From Octopus vulgaris (Eukaryota): DNA of 64,000 bases. Numbering within the stretch: the stretch's first letter is position 1; each line of letters begins with the position of its first letter. Below, piece by piece: positions 14,106 through 25,765 of this stretch. The translations under genes and the position numbers were made by a program. The notes under the pieces are model-generated. The model had not been told where the DNA came from. It searched no databases and saw only the letters and a program-made list of their open reading frames with translations. Location: contig OX597817.1 in the NCBI GenBank assembly GCA_951406725.2, forward strand, positions 41,292,001-41,356,000, read 5' to 3'.

Positions 14106-14437
14106 GGTGAAGGTGCATGGCTCAGTGGTAAAAGTGTTGGGCTCACACAATCATGAGGTAGTGAGTTCGATTCCTGGATCAGACTGTGTTGTGGTCTCGA
14201 GCAAGACACTTTATTTCACATTGCTCCAGTTCACTCAGCTGTAGAAAGAAGTTGTGATGACACTGGTACCAAACTCTATCAGCCTTTCCTCTGGATAACA
14301 TCAGTGGCATGGAAAGGGGAGGCAGATATACATGAGCAACTGATGGTCTTCCATAAACAACCTTGCCTGGACTTATACCTCAGATAGTAACACTCTAGGT
14401 GCAATCCCATGGTCATTCATGACCGAAGGGGGTCCTT
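14106..14437 (+). mobile_element. tRNA-derived CORE-like SINE (inverted copy at about 50630-50965)
   Basis: A box TGGCTCAGTGG, B box GAGTTCGATTCC, then GAGCAAGACACTTTATTTCACATTGCTCCAGTTCACTCAGCTGTA. Confidence 0.75.
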
Positions 14438-14693
14438 TATATACATATATATATCATCATCATCATTTAACATCTGTTGTCCATGCTGGCATGGGTTGGA
14501 TGGTTTGATGAGGGGTGGTAAGCTGAAAGGAAGCACCAGGATCCAGTCTGATTTGGCATAGTTTTCTATGGCTGGATGCTCTTTCTAATGCCAAAAACCC
14601 CAAGAGTGTAATGGGTGCTTTTACATGCCACTGGCATGGGTGCCATTTGCATGACACCAGTATCTGCCACAACTGTGATTTTGCTTGGCTTGA

Positions 14694-14995
14694 TGAGGCC
14701 CAACGCTCAAAAGGAACTCAGCCACTTTGCCTCTGTGAGGCCCAATGCTTGAAAAAAACTCAGCCACTTTGCCTTTGTGAGGCCCAACACTCGAAAGGAA
14801 CTCAGCCACTTTGCTTTTGTGAGGCACAACACTCGAAAGGAACTCAGCCACTTTGCCTCTGTGAGGCACAGCACTCAAAAGGAACTCAGCCACTTTGCCT
14901 CTGTGAGGCACAGTACTCGAAAGGAACTCAGCTACTTTGCCTCCGTGAGGCACAACGCTTAAAAGGAATTCAGCCTCTTGGCCTCCATGAGGTCC
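14694..14995. repeat. 42-bp minisatellite, 7 copies plus partial
   Basis: Unit TGAGGCACAACACTCGAAAGGAACTCAGCCACTTTGCCTCTG; TGAGG recurs from 14694 to 14988 every 42 bp. Confidence 0.95.
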
Positions 14996-15003
14996 AAAAT
15001 AGA

Positions 15004-15303
15004 TAATTATATTAAGTAACAAGAAGATGGATTTGGTGTTAAACTTTATTCTGTAAAATGTTTGCTTCAACCCATCCTGCTATTGTCCTTTATGTGTTGG
15101 ACTCTGTTCAACATGTTGTGTTGCATCCATTTCGCAGTCTAGGTCTCATCTGATAAATCCATAAAGTTGTTGTCTCAAAATCTTTAGTGAAACACAACTT
15201 TATGGATGTACATCATGAAACCCAAATGCAACACAACATGTTGAACAGAGTCCAACACATAAAGGACAATAGCAGGACATCTTCTTGTTACTTAATATAA
15301 TTA
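15004..15303. repeat. Fold-back element with three perfect inverted arms (26, 52 and 14 bp)
   Basis: 15004-15029/15278-15303, 15075-15126/15226-15277 and 15157-15170/15194-15207 are exact reverse complements. Confidence 0.92.
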
Positions 15304-15459
15304 CCCCAACAGTCACTGCAGAGTTCCTGAAGTAAATCCATCAGATGACAACAGGTAGCCTAAACTGTTCCAGTGTTTTACTCAACACTTTAGGCCATTA
15401 CCTATTAGTCCAAACATTATAATTATATAAACAGACAGATAGACAAATAGATAGATAAA

Positions 15460-15761
15460 TGTTTGTTCCTTCTCGAGCCGTGCCTGGCTCATAAGGGCCA
15501 GTTTCCTGGTTTCCTTGGTGCATAGGTTCCCTACCTGGACGGGATGCCAGCCCGTCGCAAGTGAGCTGCAAGATGCAGGAGGAAAGAGTGATTGAAAGTT
15601 GTGGCAAAAGAGTCAGCAGAATTTCGCCATTACCTTCTGCTGGAGCTGCATGGAGCATAGACATGGTTTTCTAAACACACACACATCGCCTGGTCTGAGA
15701 TTCGAACCAGCGATCTCTCGACCACGAGTCCGCTGCTCTAACCACTAGGCCATGTGCCTCC
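15460..15761 (-). mobile_element. tRNA-derived SINE, further family
   Basis: Minus strand GGAGGCACATGGCCTAGTGGTTAGAGCAGCGGACTCG..GGTTCGAATCTC head. Confidence 0.7.
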
Positions 15762-15929
15762 ACAGATAGATAAATAGATAGATATAATTGAAGGTTTTTG
15801 ATTCCCAAATATTTAAATATATTTGTTACTTAGGAAGGTCAGAAATATGTATTGATGAAAATTAAAAAGTAAAAATCAGATATTGGTGTGTCTCTACCAA
15901 GAAACTAAGAAGATAAATTATTTCCTTAC

Positions 15930-16040
15930 TTGATGTATTTTTTCAGTTTCAGCTAACTTCTCTTCCCAGGTCTTTGTCATTTCTTTGATAAGTTTTTCAG
16001 ATTCTTCAAGACGATCTTTCAGGTCAGGTGCTTTCATGCT
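15930..16040 (-). CDS. KIF13: KIF13-like exon, CC1: SMKAPDLKDRLEESEKLIKEMTKTWEEKLAETEKIHQ
   Basis: 111 bp, phase 0/0; polypyrimidine tract plus AG at 16041-16042, GTAAG donor at 15928-15929; directly follows the neck coil as in KIF13A/B. Confidence 0.94.
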
Positions 16041-18039
16041 CTAGAAAAGAAAAAAAATAAAGAATGAACAAATGGTTATCTGTTCATAATTTCTATTCAT
16101 TTAAAAAAATTTTTTCCAAGTCCCTTTTTTTCTTTCTTTTTTTTTCTCAAAGACAAAGTTCTACTTGACAGTATTCAAAGTCCTATTTTTAGGAAAGTAG
16201 GATAAAGCATGATCAATGTTAAACAGTATCACCAACAAAAGAGATTCTACATTGGAGGGGGTGGGGAACCTTTTTAATCTCATGGATGAATTCCAGGTAG
16301 TGAAAAGTGTGTGTGTGTGTGTTTGTGTTTGCTGAGAAAAACATGTATGTATCATCCTCCTCCTCATCATAATTTAATGTCCGCTTTCCATGCTAGCATA
16401 GGTTGGGTAGGTTGACAGGAGCTAGTATGGGGCTGCACCAGGTTCCATTGTCTGTTCTGACATGGTTTCTTATTTCTTTATTGCCCACAAGGGGCTAAAC
16501 ATAGAAGGGACAAACAAGGACAGACAAAGGGATTATGTTGATTACATCGACCCCAGTGTGTTACTGGTACTTAATTTATCAATCCCAAAAGGATGAAAGG
16601 CAAAATTGACCTCGGTGGAATTTGAACTCAGAATGTAGTGGCAGACGAAATACCACTAAGCATTTTGCCCAGCGTGCTAACGTTTCTGCCAACTCGCCTA
16701 TTCTGACATTGTTTCAATGGCTGGATGCCCTTCCTAACACTAACGACTTTACAGAGTGTATTAGGTGCTCTATACATGGCACCAGTGCCAGTATTAATTC
16801 TGCTGTGGTGGACAGGTCTTCTTGTGTACAGCAAGGCACCAAATATTTCAGTTCTTTGTTATCTCCTTCATAAGGCTCAGTGACTTGAGATTGGCTTTTT
16901 CTATAAATTCATGACTATGCAACTTCTATTAAATTACAACTTTGGCTTTAAGGCTTAAGGGCTTTCAAAGGGTTTATCAACATGTCCCAAATTGGAATGT
17001 TGCTGAGAGTTTCTCTACCGCTGCTCAAAGTAATTGCTGAATCTGCTAGAAACAGTAGCCAAATTTCCCAGAAATGACACCCAAATGCTTTCAAAAGTGA
17101 AAGATATATTATGATAACAGTCCTAGATATACAATACAAGAGCAAAAGAGGGTGTCTATTATGGATGAAACACCTCTGATTATATCTCTGCTGGTTAGAG
17201 TTAGATTCTTCAATGGGCTTAACTGCAAGGAATGCAGGCCGAAATATCAACACAAATTTTGTTTCTTCTTAGTCTCACTTCAAAATGGCTCCCTGTTCGT
17301 TCTGATAATCTTTTATACTATTTCTCAGCTGAAGAGCTGCAATGATAACCTGGCAACGAACACTGGAGCTGTTTGCCCTGATTTCATGCAATTGTTGACG
17401 CAACATTCAGGCCTGCCCCAGGGTCTAAATAACAGTAATTCATCAGGTTTCACTGACTCCTTTCTATTTCTAATCTCACAAAAGCCAGACATAAATTTTC
17501 AGCTTTAATTTACTGAACGTCGTTACCATTTCACACTAATGGATTCCATTACAGTTTTACTCTCTAACATTAGCAATAACCGTAATATAATAATATACTT
17601 TCTGTTCAATCATTACATTTCAGTCAATACACAGAGATCAAGAGATTAAATATCCAGTAATTACTGGTTTCAATTTGAAATGATATATTAGAATAACAAA
17701 GTAAAAAAATAATAATAATTTCATTGGAAAAAAGTTAACTATTCGTTAGAACTTCTCAATAATTGCTGGTGTATATATTTTTCGTTCCAATATATTTGGA
17801 TGTAATGAATTTTTTGTCACCTGAAGAAGTGGTTATATGTGCACACCTGAGATATGACATACATAGCATTAATGGAACACACACACATGCAGGTGCAGGT
17901 ATGGCTGAATGTCAAGAATTCATTTGTTGGTTCAGTCCTACTGTGTAGTACTGTAGAAAAGTGTCTTCTGCAATAATCTTGGGCTGACTAAAGCCTTGAG
18001 AATGAATCTGGCAGACCAAAACAAACTAGCTTGTTGCAT

Positions 18040-18071
<32 letters not shown>

Positions 18072-18529
18072 GACTGTGTGGTAAGAAGCTCGCTTTCCAA
18101 CCTCATGGTTCTGGGTTCAGTCCCACTGCATGACACTTGGTCAAAAGTCTTTTGCTATAGCCTCAGGCTGACCAAAGCCTTCTGAGTGGATTTGGTAGAT
18201 GGAAACTTAAAAAAGCTTGTTGTGTGTGTGTGTATATATATATATATACACACACACATATATGTTGTACATATGTGTGTGCGTACATGTCTGTTTGCCC
18301 CCCCCCCCCAGATGGTGTGCTTACATATGTGTAACTTAGCAGTTCAGCAAACAAGGGAAGACAGAATAAGTACCAAGTTTAAGCAAAACAGAAAAAGAAA
18401 AAATACTGGGGACAATTCATTTGACTGAAAGTTCTCCAAGGTGGTGCCCCAGCATGACCACAGTCTAATGACTAGCATGGAGAACGGACGTTAAACGATG
18501 ATGATGATGATGATATATATATATATATT

Positions 18530-18930
18530 TTATTCTTTTACTTGTTTCAGTCATCTTGACAGCAGGCATGCTGGAGCATGGAGCATCACCTTTAGTCAAA
18601 TAAATTGACCCCAGGACTTATTCTTTGTAAGGCTAGTACATATTCTATCAGAGTCCTTTGCCGAACCACTAAGTTACAGGGACGTAAACAAAACCAAAAT
18701 CGGTTGTCAAGTGATGGTGGGGGGGACAAACATAAACACACAAATACAGACACACACACACATACATACAACGGGCTTCTTTCAGTTTCTGTCTACCAAA
18801 TCCACCCACAAGACTTTGGTTGGCCCAAGGCTATAGCAGAAGACACTTGCCCAAGGTGCCATGCAGTGGGACTGAACCCAGAACCATGTGGTTGGTAAGC
18901 AAGCTACTTACCACACAGCCATTCCTGCTT
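18530..18930 (-). mobile_element. tRNA-derived SINE, family A (older plus-strand copy at about 18070-18470)
   Basis: Reverse complement of the 9647-10050 family. Confidence 0.8.
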
Positions 18931-19372
18931 CTGTATTTACACACACACACACACACACACACACCCTTATATGTATATACCTACTATAATGAATTATTAC
19001 AAATATGTATTAGTATTATAAACACAATTAGTAATGATAAAAGCATTTAATATTTCAATTTGATTCCTAACTATCATTGACTAAAGTTGAAGCTACAGTT
19101 GTACCGAGCATTAACCGTGGAAGCCTTTCCAATTATTGACAATTTGGGAAAGCAAATTAGTCCCATAAAATAAAATAAAACCATATATTCTGTCCTTAAA
19201 CATAAAAGAATGGTCACTTCAGATGGAATAAGTCTTCAGATCTCTGCTGTATCTATGGTAACTAACGTCAGATGACACCATATTGGTAGACATATTAGGA
19301 ACTTTATGACATATCGATATTGGTGTTTATTGTCAACAGAAATTGGAATACATGAATAAATGTTGCTCATGT

Positions 19373-19444
<72 letters not shown>

Positions 19445-19756
19445 GAAAAGTGAGAAGCTTGTCTTTCTGGAATTCTAATATCAGTATTTCAGAATGAGAA
19501 GCAGAAGCATAGGTGATATACTAACACCCCACTACCAGCATTTCCACCAAATCCATAATAATTGATGAAAGATGAGCATGAAAATCAATCTATGTTTACA
19601 TAGAGGCAGGTAGGTTCAGACAATCGTGACATTTGTACATGTGTGACAACAGAAATATTACCTTGGCTGAACAATAGCAGCTGTAGTCTAGAGAGGCGGT
19701 TTAGAAGGGAGATAATAGTGGAACTATATGAAGTGTTACTAAAAGGCATGTGTCAA

Positions 19757-19801
<45 letters not shown>

Positions 19802-19933
19802 TCATCATCAACTTATAAAATAAGGGCAAAAGAAAAATTCTAAGGCCAAATATGCCGAAAAAAAGACAAAATTGTCAATAACCATTATAATTAATGCGTC
19901 TCAAAACAAGCCGATAGAAATTTCTAAAAAATC

Positions 19934-20004
19934 CGTTATTACCGTATTGGTCCCAATTTCAGAGTTAATTCATAAGAATTTTCTCCTCCTCAGCGATAAA
20001 TACG
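19934..20004 (-). ncRNA. Type I hammerhead ribozyme (predicted), probably from a Penelope-like/retrozyme repeat
   Basis: Minus strand reads cguauuuaucg CUGAGGA GGAG aa AAUUC uuau GAAUU aa CUCU GAAA UUGG ga CCAA UA cgguaauaacg: full catalytic core and three helices. Confidence 0.8.
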
Positions 20005-20155
20005 TAAGACATAAATGAAATACTTACTCATACCCATGGAAAAAGCAAGCCCTAAGTCCTGAGCAGACCTAAGTACCCCAAATATATCCAAAATAGAAAA
20101 TCTTCAGCACATTTTGAGACACGTGTGATTCGAACTAGAAACTTTCACAGAGTAA

Positions 20156-20377
20156 GGCGGCGAGCTGGCAGAAACGTTAGCACGCTGGGCGAAATGCATA
20201 GCTGTATTTCGCCTGCCGTTACGTTGTGAGTTCAAATTCCGCCGAGGTCGACTTTGCCTTTCATCCTTTCGGGGTCGATAAATTAAGTACCAGTTACGCA
20301 CTGGGGTCGACGTAATCCGTTTGTCTGTCCTTATTTGTCCCCTCTGTGTGTAGTCCCTTGTGGGTGGTAAAGAAATA
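20156..20377 (+). mobile_element. tRNA-derived SINE, family B, young copy
   Basis: GGCGGCGAGCTGGCAGAAACGTTAGCACG..GAGTTCAAATTCCGCCGAGGTCGACTTTGCCTTTCATCCTTTCGGGGTCGATAAATTAAGTACCAG; CpGs retained. Confidence 0.85.
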
Positions 20378-20420
<43 letters not shown>

Positions 20421-22243
20421 CACACACCAATAAAGGGGATTTTATGTGGTCACTAAAACAACTAGAAATAAAAGCCAAATATTTCTCAAATCCCACACTA
20501 CTATGTTTAACAGGGAAGAAAAATAATGGGTTGGTCATTCAGTCCTAACTGGAACACTGTGGATGATGGGTTTAGCCATTTAGAGAGTTATGTCAAGAAA
20601 AGATAAATAGGATGTAACAACAGAACATTTTGCAAAGACTGCCATGTTAAACTTAGTTTCCTAGCTTTATGGTTTCTTAGTTTTATGACTGGGGATAAAG
20701 CGATAATATTTCAGATTTTAGTTGGTGATGGAAAGAAAACTAAGTCTTGACAGATGACAAGATCATTTAAAAGTTAACGGTTGATTTATAAATGGAAAAA
20801 TATCAAAAGAAATAAAATTTAAATGTAAGATAACCACTAAATACTATACAAATATACACACACATACATACCCACACAGATATGTATGTAAAGAAAGAAG
20901 TGAGCGTTGGTGACAGGAAGAGCATTCAGCTGTAAAAAATCTGCTCAACAAATTTTATGTGATCCATGCAAGCATGGAAAAGTGGGTGCAAATGGTGATG
21001 ATACACTCACATATGTATGTATATACACACATATATGCATATACATATACATGCATATTTAGATGTGCACACACATTTGTTTGTTTCTTCATTCATTTTT
21101 ACATCTGGCTTTCCATGCTAGCAAATGTCAAATGAATATATTAACGAGACATAGTTTCACTGCTGGATACTCTTCCTGTTGCTAACACTTACTACTTTTC
21201 TAGACAAGCTGGAAGACTACATGTTGCATTTACATATCATTTTTGGCTTGGTTTGTAATTGCCCTTTGTTACACTCCATTTCATCTTTGTTGAGAAAATA
21301 ACAATGCCTGGTTGTGATGTATCATTTTATCACTTTTGTCAATCTCATTTACTTTCTTGGACATGTTTCAGGGCTGAATCTTGGTCTGATTTTAAGCAAC
21401 TTCTGCTGAAACTGCCATTATCTTTGTTCTTACTGCTGTATTTGTCATTGATTAGCTGTAGGTCAATGTTTTGGTGAGAGTCATTGACACCCCTTGGCGG
21501 ATTGCAAGAATGGACTAGCTGGAGTCTTATAGTAGCGGTCAGTAGTAGTCAGACAGAGAATTTCAGTAGTCACGTAAACACATTGATTAAACCCCTACTA
21601 CATAATTTATCTATACCAACCTGTGGCAAGATATAGCACTCAATTGTGATCAAATATGTTCCAGCTGTGTTTATCCTGTCTCTCCTTTCTCTTGAGACAT
21701 ATTGTATCTCAAACTTCATTACTTTTCACAAATGTGTGTATAACAAACTGATGTTTGTTTTAGAAGTACCTAAGACTACAGCAGTGGGATCTGATTTCAG
21801 GGAGAACTGACTGCAATTTCTAGCAAGAGAAGCAATCATGTTGTAGCTCCCTCATTGGCTTTACATCATGTTTGTTATTATTGCTTTGTTCTTGCTCATT
21901 GTGTTGTTATTGTTGTTACCCTCTTCTTGATAGAAGGCTGCAGCCTCTCACGCTGGAGGAGTCGGCTTCTACTTCTACTGCCATGTGTAGAAAAGCAAAC
22001 GAAGAAGACCTGCCTTGTCAACGAACAATAACTGGAACTCAAATTACTCTTTGCTTTATAAGGGAGATGTTCCACATGCATACACACGCACAAAAAGACA
22101 ATAAAAGATTCCATCCAGTTACTAAATATGATACAAATTACAATAAGATAATAAAAAGCAACTTATGCTCAATGGAACTAAAACATCTTCCTCTGCATGT
22201 CTCAGCTAATAATCATTAATAATAATAATAATAATAATAATGA

Positions 22244-22274
<31 letters not shown>

Positions 22275-24114
22275 GATGATGCAGTAAATATAGCTAAATA
22301 ACAAAAAAAAGGAAAAGAAAAACTGTATGCACAAGGCGCATAAATAAAACTGGGCTTGGTGCTGAGAGAGAAAAATACATAAGGGGGGGGGTGAGGTAAT
22401 AAAAATAAGAACAAAAAAAAAAGAGGATAAAAAAAAGCAGAAGAGATACTGTGTTCTGTTAAGAATATAGATATCCAACAAGTAAATATAGTTGATATAT
22501 GAAAATCTAAGTTAAAAACACATGTTTCTTGAAGTAAAGGGAATGGAGTCCAGGAGCTTGATCATGAAAATCTTTAAAAACACTGTATTTAATTCCATTA
22601 CTAACCTCATGTCCAGTTGCAAGTAAAGCTCATGCCGTTCGAGTAAGTTTTTGCCAAAGCCAAGTCCACAACCTGGTTTTCATTGCTATTCAGAATAGTT
22701 TCACTTAATCTCACGATTGCCAATACTGCACAAATCCCCACTTTTAATGTTATTATGAGCTAACGAGGGCCCCTCTAAATGGTTGCTTGGCCTGCTTGAC
22801 AGTAGCTTAAGCACACCCTACCACGCACAAAAAAAAGCAAGATATTATGCAACATAATCCTAGATACACTGTGCATGGCAAAAGCATGGTTGTGTGATTA
22901 ATAAACCTGTGTGACAGCCATGTGGTTCTGGGTTCAGTTCCACTGTAAGGCACCTTATGCAAGTGTCTTCTACTATAGCCTCAGACCAACCACTGTCTTG
23001 AGTGTGGATTTGGTAGATGGAAACTAGGCGATTTACTTCCTCCGTCTTCCCTTCTATTGGACTTTCCTCTATTTCCAAAGAAGAGCGCCTGCTCAAAATG
23101 TTAAACCATCTCTCTTTCCTTTCCTGAGCGTCTGCTAATACATTACATGTACCACATCCTTTCGTTGTTGTTTTTTGTGTTTGTTCTTTTTGGATTTACT
23201 ATATATATATGTATGTATGTATATCGTCATTTAATGTCTGCTTTCCATGCTGGCATGGGCTGGATGGTTTGACAAAAGCTGGCCAGCAAGAGAGCTGCAC
23301 TAGGCTCCAATTGTCTGTTTTGGCATGGTTTCTATGGCTAGATGCCTTTCTTGACTCCAACCACTTTACAGAGTATACTGAATGATTTTTACATGGCATC
23401 TATCTATCTATATGTGTATGTATGTGTGCGTGTGCATACATGCATGTGTGTGTGTAACCTAGTCTTTTGACCTCACTCAATGGTTGTAAGCAAGCATCAC
23501 CATCATACAACTGATGTTTATTTCCTGTCTTCTGTGGAAAACATTACCTTGCTTGGAAACAGGTGAAGGTCAACAACAGGAAGGCATCTGGCTGTAGAAT
23601 ATCTGCTTCTACAAATTCTGTCTGAACCATGCACATGTAAAGAAGTGGACACTAAATGATGAGACTGATGATCTCATTGTCTATTTTTATTGATTATCAT
23701 GTGATAATATCATGTGAATAATACAGAATCCTACCATGATACAAATAATTCCTATAAACCCATTTTTCTTTGAATCAACTTTTTTTTAGATTAAATGTTT
23801 TTTCTTTTACATTCAGTATTCACATTTCATGACTGCTAAAAACAGCAGCTGAATTTTTTGCAAACCACATCTACCAGCTCAAGAAATGAAAGAATATGTG
23901 TAATCAAATGTGTATTAATGGAATCTTGAGTATAATTTAGACAATAATGAGATTTTCACAGCTTGAACACTTTCAGTCATAGATCTGCTCAATAAGGGCT
24001 AACTTGAGGCTAAACAATATTTCATTGTTACATAGAACCGAACTGTAACCCACATATTTCATAGTCTGACATGATAGGAAGTCATAATTTTTGCATAGAA
24101 TGATTTTCTAATTG

Positions 24115-24344
24115 ATCTTTTATCTTTTATGTGTTTCAGTTACTAGACTGTGGCCATGCTGGGGCACCGCTTTGAAGAATTTTAGTCGAATGAATCAACT
24201 CCACTACTTATATTTTAAATTTGGTACTTATTCTACTACAATCTCTTTAGCTGAACTGCTAAGTTATGGGGACATAAACCCACCAGCATCAGTTGTTAAG
24301 CATTATTGGGGGCAAACATAGACATAAAGAAACAGACATACAGA

Positions 24345-24382
<38 letters not shown>

Positions 24383-24543
24383 GGTCTTCTCTCAGTTTCC
24401 ATATATCAGATCCACTCAGAAGGATTTGATTAGCCAAAGGCTATAGTGGAAGACACTTGCTGAAGGTTCCACGCAGAGGGACTGAACCTTGACCATGTGG
24501 ATGGGAAGTAAACTTCTTACCACACAGCCAGGCCTGCACCTAT
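24115..24543 (-). mobile_element. tRNA-derived SINE, family A (decayed plus-strand copy at about 24616-24955)
   Basis: Same head, core and tail motifs. Confidence 0.75.
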
Positions 24544-25022
24544 ATCAACAAATTTTCTGCAAAATAGCGGTAAGGAAAAACACAACTGGGGCAGAAATAT
24601 GGACTTAATAGCAACAGGCATGCCTGTGTGGTTTAGCAGTTCACTTCACAACCCCTGCATGGCACCATGAACAAGTGTCTTCTACTATGATCTTGGGCCA
24701 AACAATGAATGAATTAGGTAGATGGGAACTGTGTGGGACTGTTGTGTGTTGTGTATGTGTGTCCTCACAACCCTCACCACTTGATGACTATTGTCAGTAT
24801 TTTTACATCTCCACAACTTAGTGGTCCAACAAAAAGGGGGCTGACAAAATAAATATCACACTTAAAATAAGTTATGGGGTAGATTTGTTCAACTAGACTC
24901 TTCGAGACAGTGACCCAGCTTGATCACAGTCCACTAACTGAAAACGAGTAACAGAATATTATATATCAAGTTTAAAGTCAATGTACAAATATACCACATG
25001 TGTAGTGATAGAAAATCTTTAC

Positions 25023-25235
25023 CTGAGCTTCGCTGAGTTGGTTACGTAATACAACAACTTCTTCTCTGAGCTCCCGAATAATACGAGCATTGGGGTCTTC
25101 GTTTACCACAGCATGGTTTATAATTCTCTTTGCACGGTCAGCATAACGCAAAGTGGAAAGTGTTTCCTCATAGTTATCTGCCGCTGGGCTCACAGTAGCT
25201 ACCATCACAGTTTTGCTGTTACCACCAAGGTTGTC
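25023..25235 (-). CDS. KIF13: KIF13-like exon, end of motor and neck: [71 protein letters not shown]
   Basis: 213 bp, phase 0/0; AG at 25236-25237, GT at 25021-25022; [13 protein letters not shown] and [21 protein letters not shown] match the KIF13 neck. Confidence 0.97.
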
Positions 25236-25765
25236 CTGTAAAGATATGACTCATATTAGCACAATGACAGCTTCTTAGCTGTAAATCTATTTAGGTTAGC
25301 TATAGCATTAGTACATTAGTACATAAAATAATTTCTCTTCAAATAAACTTATAAAACTGTAGGCTATTCATGTTTATCAAAGTTTTTTCAACTTCATTCA
25401 ACCTTTCTCCAAAGTTAACAGAAAGTAAATATATATATGATAATGATGATACATAAAGACAGATTTTCTTGAATTAAAAAAACCCTTCAAAGAACACAAC
25501 TTCCTATGTACAGATTACCCCATAACGTGTGTTTGAAAAGCTGTAAACAGAGAAAGTGTTAAACACAAATTTCTATTTTTCTAAGATTCTTCTACATAAC
25601 TAATAATTTTTAATTTAAGAAAATCTTTCTTCAAATATTGAGACTGTATCAAGAGAATTCTTTCCAATATGTTTTTTGAAATATATATATATATATTATG
25701 ACAGTAAATTTTCATTAAATTTTGCAGAAAAATAAGATTCAAAGTAATAGAACAAGCATGAAATT

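Noticed and set aside
14106-14180. tRNA genes suggested by A/B boxes here and at other SINE heads
   Set aside because: No complete cloverleaf; each continues into a SINE body.
14694-14995. CRISPR-like regular repeat
   Set aside because: Head-to-tail units with no unique spacers, no cas genes, eukaryotic intron.
1-15929. Next KIF13 exon (LVNLNADP motif before the FHA domain)
   Set aside because: Not found by eye; presumably beyond the left edge, though a missed exon cannot be excluded without tBLASTn.
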